Shown here: positions 35,056 to 45,092 of the stretch, one piece after another
How positions within the stretch are numbered: the stretch's first letter is position 1
How the letters are laid out: every line of letters begins with the position of its first letter
Source: a virus
Strand: one strand, 5' to 3'
DNA length: 64,000 nucleotides
IMG/VR virus record: IMGVR_UViG_3300045988_109366
Location: 85,042 to 149,041 of that record
Notes under the pieces: generated by a model
What the model was told of the DNA's origin: nothing
What the model saw: only the letters and a program-made list of their open reading frames with translations
Databases searched by the model: none
Program-made: the position numbers and the translations under genes

Positions 35056-35063
35056 TATGTTTG
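35056..35063 (+). promoter_or_regulatory. -7 box TATGTTTG
   Basis: 39 nt before ATG 35102. Confidence 0.4.
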
Positions 35064-35101
35064 CGTTAGGTAAATGATTTTTAAACTAAAATATTAATTA
35101 T

Positions 35102-37075
35102 ATGTTGCACAGACCGCAAGACCGGGTACTTTTCGTATCCCCACACGCTAAGATGGTGGATGTTGATTCCATCTTCTTGAAGGAAGGACAGATCGGTATT
35201 TACGATACTAAAGATACTTCCGAGAACGGTTGTAAGGCCGTGACTGATTTTACCGGTAAGCCTCGTAACGACAAGCGTTATGAGATCCGTATCGGTCGTA
35301 ATGAACAAGCGGCTTCCCGCTCTATCTATGACAAGGATTTTTCCACGCCGTTATTCTCCTTGAACGAGATCACGGAGATCTACGCTTCTTGGCCGAAGAA
35401 AGATCATGCTTATGTCGATGATGTTATCTTAGGATACAACGGTGTGTCTGATGATACGGCATTCTCAGTTTCCAAAGGAGACCGTATCGCTATTCGCTTG
35501 GTTCTCGCTGGTCGTGCCTTCGAGCTTCTTGGCTATGAGGAGGGTCGTGTAGAGATCAATGACGCTATCCTTTTGGATGATTGTGATAATACGCCAAATC
35601 AATGCGAGGAGTGTGATCCTTGCGAGGAGGTTGATTTGTTGCCCGCCGTATTGAAGTGTATTGAGCGGATGAAGAATCAACCTATTGCTGGTGGTGGTAA
35701 GTTATCTGATTATATCGATATCACTCCGGTTACAAGATGCACCAACGAGGCTACGGAGCCTGAGACGGAGGACGTGAACTTCTATTGTATGGAGGTATGT
35801 GATACTGGTGATGATCTGGCCTTGGCTGAGGTTCGCGCCCAATATCCGGGGTTGAAGATCGTTCGTGAGAGCATCAACGGCAGCATGTCACGTTATAAGG
35901 TGATGAAGAAAGGGGCTAAGCCTGATGATTATACTCAACGTCTTATCTCTATCATGAAAGGATGCGAGGAATGCCCGCCTAGCTATACTGAGGTTAAGGG
36001 TGGATACCTGTATTCCGTTTCGCTGGAGGATGATGGGGTGGATATGTCTTCTACTATCGAGTCTCTTCCTAACGTGGTTTCAGATACGGTTAATAAGATG
36101 AGCCAGATCAAGGGCACTGGTCTTTATATCGCCGCTACTTCAAAGAAATTGACCGATAATGAGATCAAGACATTCGTAGACGCTAATCCTACTACGGTTA
36201 TTTATTATGTCGCTAAGACTTCTGATATGTGTGAGAATCCTACGGTTCGTACCGCTTCTTGGTCAGCCTGCGGATCTTGCAAGGTATCTAAGGAGAAGTA
36301 TTATATCACGATCCCGGACAACGAGTGTGGCGAAAGCGCTTTGGAGGAAATCAAGCAGGCGTTCCCGGAACTGGAGATCACTGACTACGGTACTCCTGCG
36401 GCTTGCCAGCATAGCTTCCAGACAGAGGTATATACCAACATGTTGTGTGATGAGTGCGACAAGGTATTTGAAGGATTCTTCACCAGCGAGGCCCCGGCAT
36501 CATACCGCAACAGGATGTGGAAGAAATTGGAATCAGCACAAGAGCTTGGTAGTAATTGTAAATGCGGTATCCGTTTCCGTGGCAAGGAAATGTTGTTATC
36601 TCCATCAGAGTGCTTGATGGATCAAATGACTTATATCGAGGATAGCGTGGAGATTGTAGGCGCTAGTGGCGGTTACCCCGATTCTTTGGATGAGGGTTCT
36701 CCTATATGGTGGGATCAGCTTCACTTCGAGAGATTGTCCAGCAAAGCACCACGTACTCATGTCGGCGGTAATATGATGGATGATGAGTTGAAAGGATATG
36801 CTCACTTCAACGGTTTCCCGAAACATCAGGATTTCATGGGGCGGACGTTCATGAACGAATATAGTCGTGTAGAGCAAACAGCTCAGTACGTTGACTTCCA
36901 GATTACGATTAATCCTCATAGATACTCTCAAGGATTCGGTAAGGTTCTCGCTGATGATCCTATCAACTTGATCTTACGTGTACGTTATGGCGCTCATGAG
37001 GGTGTTCAGGAGATGATCAATATGATCGGTGCTGCCGCTGGTCTTGGACCGGCCATCGTAACCGAGCCGAAATAA
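35102..37075 (+). CDS. abundant-looking structural protein with Cys clusters, function unknown
   Basis: 657 aa with its own promoter and strong terminator. It carries CxxC-type clusters (CEECDPCEE, CEECPPSY, CGSCK, CDECDK). Confidence 0.55.
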   Translation: MLHRPQDRVLFVSPHAKMVDVDSIFLKEGQIGIYDTKDTSENGCKAVTDFTGKPRNDKRYEIRIGRNEQAASRSIYDKDFSTPLFSLNEITEIYASWPKKDHAYVDDVILGYNGVSDDTAFSVSKGDRIAIRLVLAGRAFELLGYEEGRVEINDAILLDDCDNTPNQCEECDPCEEVDLLPAVLKCIERMKNQPIAGGGKLSDYIDITPVTRCTNEATEPETEDVNFYCMEVCDTGDDLALAEVRAQYPGLKIVRESINGSMSRYKVMKKGAKPDDYTQRLISIMKGCEECPPSYTEVKGGYLYSVSLEDDGVDMSSTIESLPNVVSDTVNKMSQIKGTGLYIAATSKKLTDNEIKTFVDANPTTVIYYVAKTSDMCENPTVRTASWSACGSCKVSKEKYYITIPDNECGESALEEIKQAFPELEITDYGTPAACQHSFQTEVYTNMLCDECDKVFEGFFTSEAPASYRNRMWKKLESAQELGSNCKCGIRFRGKEMLLSPSECLMDQMTYIEDSVEIVGASGGYPDSLDEGSPIWWDQLHFERLSSKAPRTHVGGNMMDDELKGYAHFNGFPKHQDFMGRTFMNEYSRVEQTAQYVDFQITINPHRYSQGFGKVLADDPINLILRVRYGAHEGVQEMINMIGAAAGLGPAIVTEPK

Positions 37076-37104
37076 AGAACCTTTTTTGCGTTCATATATT
37101 TCCT

Positions 37105-37137
37105 AAAGGGGAGAGATTCAATTCTTTCCCCTTTTTT
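37105..37137 (+). terminator. intrinsic terminator
   Basis: AAAGGGGA...TCCCCTTTTTT. Confidence 0.7.
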
Positions 37138-37139
37138 AT

Positions 37140-37147
37140 TACCTTTG
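37140..37147 (+). promoter_or_regulatory. -7 box TACCTTTG
   Basis: 27 nt before ATG 37174. Confidence 0.4.
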
Positions 37148-37173
37148 AAGCATAAGAATTAAAATGTTGTAAT

Positions 37174-39507
37174 ATGTCAGCTATTAATGAGTATCTAAAG
37201 AGACTTGCTTCCATATTTGGTAGCATGGGTTTCTCTGTTCCGCCAGATGACTTCTCCGGTGTTGTTATAGACGGAAAGACGTATCCGGTCATGATGAGGA
37301 ATGACGGGTGTTACGTATACTTCGATGATAAAGGAGTAAAGAGACTTGTAAGCGAGGTTCCTAAAAAGGACTATCAGTTCATTAACATCAAGGACGCCCG
37401 TGTGTCGATCGTCAACCAATGTTATCGTACTCCGGGAGGTCAGGTAGAGGCTCGTATCCATACCTATATGAATAATAAGGGTGAGATATTGGCCGAGAAG
37501 ATATTTATCATCAACTCCTCGGATGTTGATACGCCTATTGGTACGGAATTGGATAAGATTCCTGCCGAGTGGGTAGCTATAGATTGTAGCATAGCGGAGA
37601 TGACCGATCGGGAGTTGATATTCGTAAGTAAATGTTACGCCACGGAAGGGGGCAAGGTCCAGATCGAGGGCGTTGAGTCAGTAGACCCCCGCCTGAACCC
37701 GGAGGTATCCCATTATGAGGTGGTGAATACGACTGACGATAGCAATCCTATCGGTACGGAGTATGATAAGATACCCGATACATGGAGTCGTATAGTATGT
37801 GATTTCCCGGACATGACCCAAAGGGAGATAATACCGGTGCTTAAATGCTTTGATACCGGAACCGGAAGGGTGCAGATAGAGGGATATAAGATATTTGATT
37901 ACGAGATGGGTACCAGAAAGGAATGGTATCGCGTCAAGCAAAGTACCGATCCTGAGAATCCGGTAGGTAAGTTTATCACCAGCATAAGCGATGACTGGGT
38001 TGAGGTCGTTTGTGACTTCACGGATATGGAGGACCGGGATATTGAGGTAACTGTAGAATGTTATAAGACACCGGCCGGTAAGGTGAAGCTGGAGGTTCTC
38101 ACGTCATGGGACGGGAATATAGGAGTTAGGGATAAGAGCTATAAAGTCCTGGAGACTACCGATCCGTCACAACCTGAGGGCGCCAGCTTCAGTTCCTTGC
38201 CAGATACGTGGGTAAGGACTGTCTGTGATTTCGACGATATGGAGGAGCGTGACATCAGGTCTTATGTCGAGTGTTATGACGGAGGCAATGGCAATGTCAA
38301 GCTTCGTAGGTTGGTTTCTTATGACTCCAAGATAAAGGCAAGATACGTCCGCTTCGAGGTGCTTGAATCGGATGACGCCGGCTTCGTTCCGGGGGCCGAA
38401 CTGACTACCCTCCCGGACGGATTCTCTTTGGTGTCTTGTGATTTCACGGATATGGAAGATAGGATGCCTATTGATATCGAGGAGTGTTACAAGACATCAG
38501 CCGGAAGCGTGCGTATGAGACATGTGGTGTCTTATGACGGTGATCTTGGGAAAAGAAACCAGTTCTGGGAGATTGTGGACTCGTCTGATAATAGGTATGG
38601 GCTAGGAAATAGGATAAATAATATCCCTGCGGATTTTATCCGTGAAAGGTGTGCTCTAGAAAGGTTGGATGATCGTATTACCAGAAATGCGGTAGAATGT
38701 TACTCGACACCGGGAGGATCGGTAAGGATTAAATCCACTTACGTTATCAACCCTTTAAATCATGTTAGGTCGTATAATCATCATGTATTGAGTTCTACAG
38801 ACAATGATATCCATGTTGGTACTCAATATACCTCTTTGCCATCTAATTTCACTCGTATCGAATGCGAGGAGCCGGATTATATGGATCGACTTATCGATAC
38901 CACTGAGACTTGTTATGATACCGGAAAGGGTACGGTGAAGATCAGGAGACAGGAGTCGTTGAACGGAAATCTGGATGTAAAGACTTTCGACTATAAGATC
39001 GTTGAGTCTACCGACCCCGATCATCCTATCAATACTACCCCTACGCAGACGGTTATTAACGGCTGGACGGTTATCAGTTGTGATCTTAATATCATGGACG
39101 TGGATGATTGTTATGAGATTGGTGGTCATAAGATACATTTGAAGGGATTCAGGACAGTCAATCCGGCATTGCAGGATATTAAGTCTATATTGTATGTCGT
39201 GTACTCTGATCATCCTGATTATAATGTAGGTGATGAGCTTACGTCTATACCGGATGGGGCTAAGGTGACGATCTGCGATTACGCGGATAAGAGCCAAAGA
39301 CATATGGTTCCGGTGCGAGAGTGCTATGAGGTGGCCGATGGCCGGTTCTATGTGGAGGGGAGCCGGTTGATTGATAACAATATGGTCGTAGAGCGGATGT
39401 CGTTGATGGTGATGGAGTCATCCTCTCCTACCTACCCGGTGGGGACTACGCTGACCGCCATTCCTGTTGGCGCTACTATCGTGGCTTGTTTATGTCAAAC
39501 CTGTTAA
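37174..39507 (+). CDS. tail/fibre-region protein built from ten roughly 71-aa tandem repeats
   Basis: Each unit runs (E/K/Q)CY.T..G.V......(about 40 aa)..P..W..(V/I).CD(F/.)..M..R. Ten units were read from the translation. Confidence 0.65.
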   Translation: MSAINEYLKRLASIFGSMGFSVPPDDFSGVVIDGKTYPVMMRNDGCYVYFDDKGVKRLVSEVPKKDYQFINIKDARVSIVNQCYRTPGGQVEARIHTYMNNKGEILAEKIFIINSSDVDTPIGTELDKIPAEWVAIDCSIAEMTDRELIFVSKCYATEGGKVQIEGVESVDPRLNPEVSHYEVVNTTDDSNPIGTEYDKIPDTWSRIVCDFPDMTQREIIPVLKCFDTGTGRVQIEGYKIFDYEMGTRKEWYRVKQSTDPENPVGKFITSISDDWVEVVCDFTDMEDRDIEVTVECYKTPAGKVKLEVLTSWDGNIGVRDKSYKVLETTDPSQPEGASFSSLPDTWVRTVCDFDDMEERDIRSYVECYDGGNGNVKLRRLVSYDSKIKARYVRFEVLESDDAGFVPGAELTTLPDGFSLVSCDFTDMEDRMPIDIEECYKTSAGSVRMRHVVSYDGDLGKRNQFWEIVDSSDNRYGLGNRINNIPADFIRERCALERLDDRITRNAVECYSTPGGSVRIKSTYVINPLNHVRSYNHHVLSSTDNDIHVGTQYTSLPSNFTRIECEEPDYMDRLIDTTETCYDTGKGTVKIRRQESLNGNLDVKTFDYKIVESTDPDHPINTTPTQTVINGWTVISCDLNIMDVDDCYEIGGHKIHLKGFRTVNPALQDIKSILYVVYSDHPDYNVGDELTSIPDGAKVTICDYADKSQRHMVPVRECYEVADGRFYVEGSRLIDNNMVVERMSLMVMESSSPTYPVGTTLTAIPVGATIVACLCQTC

Positions 39508-39518
39508 TCTGAACGGCT

Positions 39519-41912
39519 ATGGTTAAAGTATGTAATGATTATTTTATGATTGACGCCTTAGCCGGAGGTCAGGTCATAAGAAAAAGAAAGTATCGTCGTG
39601 AGAATACGATGATAGGATATAAGTGGTATGATTATAATGGGGTTGAGGTTATCGACCCCATTGAGATATCACGTCTTGATAGTCTGGCTACCAAACATCA
39701 GCGTGTGGATCAGGCTTACGATGACCATGCTGTTTTCATGTCATCAACCAACTACGTCAATAGCGTATCCGGTATCCCTATGGACAAACATATGGTTGTG
39801 GTCGAATGGAGGCCGGAAAGCGAACAGGGGTTTGTTACGATGGCTCATGAGCAAGGTCTGGAAGGTGATAGCTATTATATCGTTGTCATCAATACAGGTG
39901 ATAAGCAGGCTACTATCTACACCCCCGTAGATCCCGAGGATCCAAAGGATGGTACCTCTAGGGCGGATGATGGCGATAATATCTCCGTGGGAGGATCTTA
40001 TGTCTCTATATCCCCCAAGCAGGTAGAGCGGATAAGGGTTACTTTTCGTGATGGTAAATGGTATTATGAGTTGGTTACCAAGACATATCCCAGCAATACC
40101 GGTGGTATTAAGATCGGTGATGTTGATTATGTTACTTTCAGGTATTTATGGGATGAGAGTTCGGGAAGGGATTTGGATACGATGACGGAGGCTCTCAACT
40201 CGAATGTCCCGACTATCGATAATCTTGGTGTTGGTTATAATGGCCCCGGTAACGGTGATGAGTCCGTAAGGAGCGTGCTTAAATGGGGTGGTGATAACAC
40301 CGGGCCTGGTAAGGAGTGTGTTTGGATGTCGGTAAAGGATCTAAGGGCACAGCATTATTCCACATTGCCGGATGAGACGCAATTCATGGCTTATGCTACA
40401 TGGTTCACTTCTATAGGTACAGGTAAGTGTTCTTTTGAGCTTGTGGGTTACAAGGGCGGTACTATGAGCCAAGATGGATATAATTTTATAAATACCGGTG
40501 GATCTGTGGTGCATCAAAATACGTATGATTTTGTTTGTCATACCAGCAAAGGCTCATCTACGTATAAGACATCCTACGAGAAGGTGGCTCGTGTTACCTA
40601 TAATAAGCTCACTAACGAGGTTTATATGTCCATCGGTGACGCTATAGATCAGGAGGATAATTATGATAAGCTGGAGCGGGAGATCAATAATATAAAGGAA
40701 AGACTTAGCGATGTCGAGAGCGAGTTGGCTGTCGTAAGACGTATAGCTGAGGGCAAGAACACGGCGTATATCTTTGATACGGTCGATGCCATGAATGAGT
40801 GGCTGGCGGTTCCGGAGAACACGGCTAAGCTCCGTGTGGGAGACAGCTTCTGGATCAGGGAGCAGGAGGTACCTGATTATTGGTGGGATGGAACTCAGGC
40901 TTTAGAGCAGGAAGGCCCGAAGGTTGATTTATCTCCTTATTATACGAAAGACGAGATTAATAATATTGTCAATGATATCAATCAGAAGATAGAGGATAAG
41001 AGTACGTCTATTATCTTCGATACTTATATCCAGATGAAGTCTTTCGTGGATGATCCAACTAACGCCGATAAGCTTAAGGAAGGTACTATCTTGTTGATAC
41101 GAGAAAAAAATGTACCTGATTATTATTACGATGGAGCTGGGATAGTTAAGATGGAAGCCGACGTAGAGCAATGCCTTTATGTTACTTTGACTAATAAGCC
41201 TACGGAAAGCACTATAAGTTATACCCAAGATCGGGAGGTGACTAATTTCGCTCCTGGAGCTATAGCTAGATGGGTTGACGCTGACGGCAATGACGTGTTT
41301 TATAAGCTTGTTGAGATAGTAGGTGGTAAGGCTAAGTGGATTACCCTTATCGATACTAAATACGGTAATGTGACGATACAGAGTACTTATGACAAGAACT
41401 ATGAGATCGTGAATATCGTATCTGGATCACGTTTACAAGCTATAAATAGCGATAAGGATGAGATCAAGTTCGTTAATAGCGCTACCGGTAATGTTACTGT
41501 CGTGTTTAACGCCACGGTATCAGGAGGAGCCAAGAAACTTACGAGCCTGTTGGCCGTGAACGAGGTGGTCCTTACACCGGGGGCGGCGGCGTCCTTTACC
41601 CGTACCGGCGAGAACTTCACCCTTTCCGATCTTTTTGGCGTTACGATCTTCCCCGATCTGGCGGATGCCAATCGTGAGGGTGAGTGGGTCATGAGCGTAG
41701 GCGTAACCGGTAAACCGATCCTTATGGAGGTAAAGGAGATGAGAAAATGGGATGAGAGTATTGTCAGTGAACTTACTATTGATGAGCTTAACGAGAAGTT
41801 CCCTAACGTGGATATCGGATTCGCTGTCGTATGCAAGACCATCAACAAAGTATATGAGATGGTTAATGGATATAAGGAATGGGTGTCTTATGATATAACC
41901 TCAATTAGTTGA
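39519..41912 (+). CDS. tail fibre/spike-like protein
   Basis: 797 aa with a coiled-coil segment (LEREINNIKERLSDVESELA) and a duplicated module ending VPDYWWDG / VPDYYYDG. Confidence 0.5.
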   Translation: MVKVCNDYFMIDALAGGQVIRKRKYRRENTMIGYKWYDYNGVEVIDPIEISRLDSLATKHQRVDQAYDDHAVFMSSTNYVNSVSGIPMDKHMVVVEWRPESEQGFVTMAHEQGLEGDSYYIVVINTGDKQATIYTPVDPEDPKDGTSRADDGDNISVGGSYVSISPKQVERIRVTFRDGKWYYELVTKTYPSNTGGIKIGDVDYVTFRYLWDESSGRDLDTMTEALNSNVPTIDNLGVGYNGPGNGDESVRSVLKWGGDNTGPGKECVWMSVKDLRAQHYSTLPDETQFMAYATWFTSIGTGKCSFELVGYKGGTMSQDGYNFINTGGSVVHQNTYDFVCHTSKGSSTYKTSYEKVARVTYNKLTNEVYMSIGDAIDQEDNYDKLEREINNIKERLSDVESELAVVRRIAEGKNTAYIFDTVDAMNEWLAVPENTAKLRVGDSFWIREQEVPDYWWDGTQALEQEGPKVDLSPYYTKDEINNIVNDINQKIEDKSTSIIFDTYIQMKSFVDDPTNADKLKEGTILLIREKNVPDYYYDGAGIVKMEADVEQCLYVTLTNKPTESTISYTQDREVTNFAPGAIARWVDADGNDVFYKLVEIVGGKAKWITLIDTKYGNVTIQSTYDKNYEIVNIVSGSRLQAINSDKDEIKFVNSATGNVTVVFNATVSGGAKKLTSLLAVNEVVLTPGAAASFTRTGENFTLSDLFGVTIFPDLADANREGEWVMSVGVTGKPILMEVKEMRKWDESIVSELTIDELNEKFPNVDIGFAVVCKTINKVYEMVNGYKEWVSYDITSIS

Positions 41913-41913
41913 T

Positions 41914-43479
41914 ATGGGATTTTTAGTAGGATATGACACGGTGGCGTCCTATGTCACGTTTATAGTGAATGAGGATAGATTCCCTTGTTTTGATGGTAAG
42001 GGTGCTGATTATATACCCGATCCGATAATATCACTGAATGCTTTTAATCGCAATCTTAGGTTCTCGACATCTAACCCGGGATTTGTGGACGTTGATTGGG
42101 GGGACGGGACAAAGGATCAATATCCTTTAGTTAAGATATCTGATGGTAGTTATAGGATTGTATTCAGGTCTCTTGACATTGAGTATAAGAAGAATCCGGA
42201 TGATACCGTATGGTGGTTTAAGAAAGAGGATGGCTCACAATACATACCGGTTCCTCCACATAAGTATAGCGATATCAGGCGTAGAGAGGTTACGATGAGA
42301 TTCTCTAACGTAATTGATGGGGAATTTAATATGGATGGTATTGTCCTTCATGAGTTCCCTATAGCTAATCTTCCTGATATAACTTATTTGGCTATGGTTA
42401 GATCCGTTTTAAAAAATGGCGATATCCCATATGAAAGGATAAGCAAGAGCGTTAATCTTCATAATATACAGATGGGATCTTTTTCTCATTCTGGTGTATG
42501 GAGTAATTGGCCAGAAGGTTTTTTAAACATGAAAGATCTGAGGTATTTCGGATGCAATAACATTTTTAACTTTGGGGATGATCCTGATTCTAATTGGAGA
42601 AGGTTCTCTGAATGGAAGAATCTTACTGGTTTTAACTTCAACTGGTGTAACATCCCTTCTTATGATCCGGCTTTTAATTCTATTCCAGCAAAAGGTATAA
42701 GCATTATAAGCGATCGGAATAATATACCTGTATTTGATGAGGTGGATAAGGTAGGGGATGATAAGGAAAGCGTTGCTTTTATGGCTCACGGTAGTTCATG
42801 GGAGCAGGATTTAGTAGGAGGGAAGTTAAATAAGATCCATAATATGTATTGTTCTTCAAGTACGGCGCCGGTAGACGATCTTCCGGATTACTTGTATGAG
42901 ATAAGGGAATTTAGGATATGGACTTTGCGTGATGAAGGTAGATTTATAAATACGCAGGAGAGGGCTGATACGTTCGTTAACACGTTTTATGATAAGATAA
43001 TGTCGTGGAGTTATATAACGATGTCACAGACGGCTTCTGACGGTAACAGGAATCAGTTTTATAAACTTACCTTAGATTTATATACTGCCGTAGCCCCTAC
43101 TAATAAGAGACCGTCTGGCGTTTATCAGGCTCCTGATGGGTTTGTCAAGGGGGTTAGTAATGGTAATCCTACGACGCCTATGGAGAAGGTGTATGTACTT
43201 ACCAACAACTATGGGCAGACGTGGATCTTGGCACCTGCCCCGGCTTCTAAGGCTGCCCTTACGAGGGCACGGCGGGCGGGGAAGACCAGGATCACCCCGT
43301 TCGTTCTTGGCGTAAAGGACGGGCATGTATCCGTGTTCAGCGGAGACGTGTTAGATGAAAGCATGTCCAAGTACAGTTTTGCCGATAAATACGAGGCTAT
43401 AGATATATGTAGTAATCTAGGGCTTGATAGTTCACCTGTTGTCGAGTATTTTAGAAGAATAGAGGAGGGAGAGGTATGA
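41914..43479 (+). CDS. LRR-like fibre/receptor-binding candidate, paralog 1
   Basis: Shares the N-terminal VDWGDG...WWFKKEDGSQYIP block and the C-terminal DG.RNQFY...RPSG..QAP.GF.KG.SNG.P.TPME block with the next two genes. Confidence 0.55.
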   Translation: MGFLVGYDTVASYVTFIVNEDRFPCFDGKGADYIPDPIISLNAFNRNLRFSTSNPGFVDVDWGDGTKDQYPLVKISDGSYRIVFRSLDIEYKKNPDDTVWWFKKEDGSQYIPVPPHKYSDIRRREVTMRFSNVIDGEFNMDGIVLHEFPIANLPDITYLAMVRSVLKNGDIPYERISKSVNLHNIQMGSFSHSGVWSNWPEGFLNMKDLRYFGCNNIFNFGDDPDSNWRRFSEWKNLTGFNFNWCNIPSYDPAFNSIPAKGISIISDRNNIPVFDEVDKVGDDKESVAFMAHGSSWEQDLVGGKLNKIHNMYCSSSTAPVDDLPDYLYEIREFRIWTLRDEGRFINTQERADTFVNTFYDKIMSWSYITMSQTASDGNRNQFYKLTLDLYTAVAPTNKRPSGVYQAPDGFVKGVSNGNPTTPMEKVYVLTNNYGQTWILAPAPASKAALTRARRAGKTRITPFVLGVKDGHVSVFSGDVLDESMSKYSFADKYEAIDICSNLGLDSSPVVEYFRRIEEGEV

Positions 43480-45092
43480 AGTTGATATGTAAGGATACGA
43501 ATAAAGGGTCTATAACCTTTTTTACTAAAGGCAAATATGCTTTTAGGGGCGTTAATAGGAATGATACTGCTGATGACGTGCCTGATCCTATATTGGATGT
43601 TAATAATTACAATGAGAGTATACAGTTTTATTCCAAGACCCCAGGAATGTGTGAGGTCGATTGGGGTGACGGGAATAAAGAGCAATTCCCTTTCGTGAAG
43701 GATAGGAGCGAATCCATATACGGGCGATATAGGTTGATGTTCAGGAGAAGGGATATAAGTTATCGTAAGAATCCGGATAGCCATCCATGGTGGTTTTATA
43801 AGGAAGATGGAAGTGAGTATATCCCTGCGCCTAATCATGCTTACGCTGATGGGCTAGATAAAGATCGGGTCATTACCATGACTTTTACGAATGATATTAC
43901 ATACGTTCAAACAGCAAGGATAATGATGGTAGGATTCCCGATATTAGACGCCCCAAGTATTATCAACTTAATCTTATCCATTACCGGCGATGGTAATATA
44001 ACCGATATTCCTAAAGATAGGATACGTAGATCGGTAAATATAGAGTATATAACACTTAAGGAATTAGGTGTAGGGACATTGACATCCATACCAGACGATT
44101 GGGATAGGTTGACTAAGTTAAAAGGCATTGATTTAAGTAGAACGGCTGATTTTAATGATACGGAGTCTTCTAATATAAGGAAATTCCCCTCTATGTGGCC
44201 TAATCTTGTAACATTATCTTTGGCAGGTTGCAGGGTTAGGGTATATCCAAGGGAATGGCTGTCTTTTAGCAAGCTAAAAGAATTATATATATCCCCAGGA
44301 GTGGCTATGCCATCGTTTGACCCTAATACATGCCCGGCTATGGATGAGGTGGATAAGATAAATCCTAGCTTAAGGACCTTCGACCATATAAATAGATGGT
44401 ATGGGTCTGTCGTGAGCTGGCATCCGTATATGATCGGCAAGGGGCTGGAAAATATCACTAGCCTTACCGCCTCATATTGCTATAGTAATATAGATGTAAG
44501 TAATCTACCGGATTATATATATGAGATGAGATCTATGAGTAGTTTTTATATGAATATCTCCTTGTTGACCCAAAGTCGATGTGATACGTTTATATCAACA
44601 TTATATGAGAAGGTGATGGGGTTTGATTATCTCACTATGTCCTCCTCCGCTTCCGATGGCAAAAGGAATCAGTTTTATGGATTGTATCTAAGTATGTATT
44701 TGGCTGCCAATCCTGTTGATAAAAGACCTAGTGGCGTATTACAGGCGCCTTCTGGTTTTATAAAGGGTCAGTCTAATGGCTCTCCGTCGACTCCTATGGA
44801 GATGGTTTATGTGCTTATGAATAATTATGGATGGAGGTTTAGTATGGCGCCAGAGGCTTCGGTGTTAAGGTCGATACGATCTTCTGATATTGACACGAGG
44901 TCGTATAAGCCATATAAGCTTATCGTATTTGACGATGGGCGTACCTTTGTAGGCAATGGAGATGTTTTAGCTCATGATACGGATAAGGTATTATCGTTTG
45001 GGGGTCAACCTGAAGGGGAGTATTTATGTGATTCTATGGGATTGGACAGGAATGTTATTGTAGAATATTTTAACAAGATAGGTAATGGCTAA
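43476..45092 (+). CDS. LRR-like fibre/receptor-binding candidate, paralog 2
   Basis: Same conserved end blocks. The centre has leucine-rich repeat-like segments (LTKLKGIDLS..., NLVTLSLAGC..., LKELYIS). Confidence 0.55.
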   Translation: MKLICKDTNKGSITFFTKGKYAFRGVNRNDTADDVPDPILDVNNYNESIQFYSKTPGMCEVDWGDGNKEQFPFVKDRSESIYGRYRLMFRRRDISYRKNPDSHPWWFYKEDGSEYIPAPNHAYADGLDKDRVITMTFTNDITYVQTARIMMVGFPILDAPSIINLILSITGDGNITDIPKDRIRRSVNIEYITLKELGVGTLTSIPDDWDRLTKLKGIDLSRTADFNDTESSNIRKFPSMWPNLVTLSLAGCRVRVYPREWLSFSKLKELYISPGVAMPSFDPNTCPAMDEVDKINPSLRTFDHINRWYGSVVSWHPYMIGKGLENITSLTASYCYSNIDVSNLPDYIYEMRSMSSFYMNISLLTQSRCDTFISTLYEKVMGFDYLTMSSSASDGKRNQFYGLYLSMYLAANPVDKRPSGVLQAPSGFIKGQSNGSPSTPMEMVYVLMNNYGWRFSMAPEASVLRSIRSSDIDTRSYKPYKLIVFDDGRTFVGNGDVLAHDTDKVLSFGGQPEGEYLCDSMGLDRNVIVEYFNKIGNG

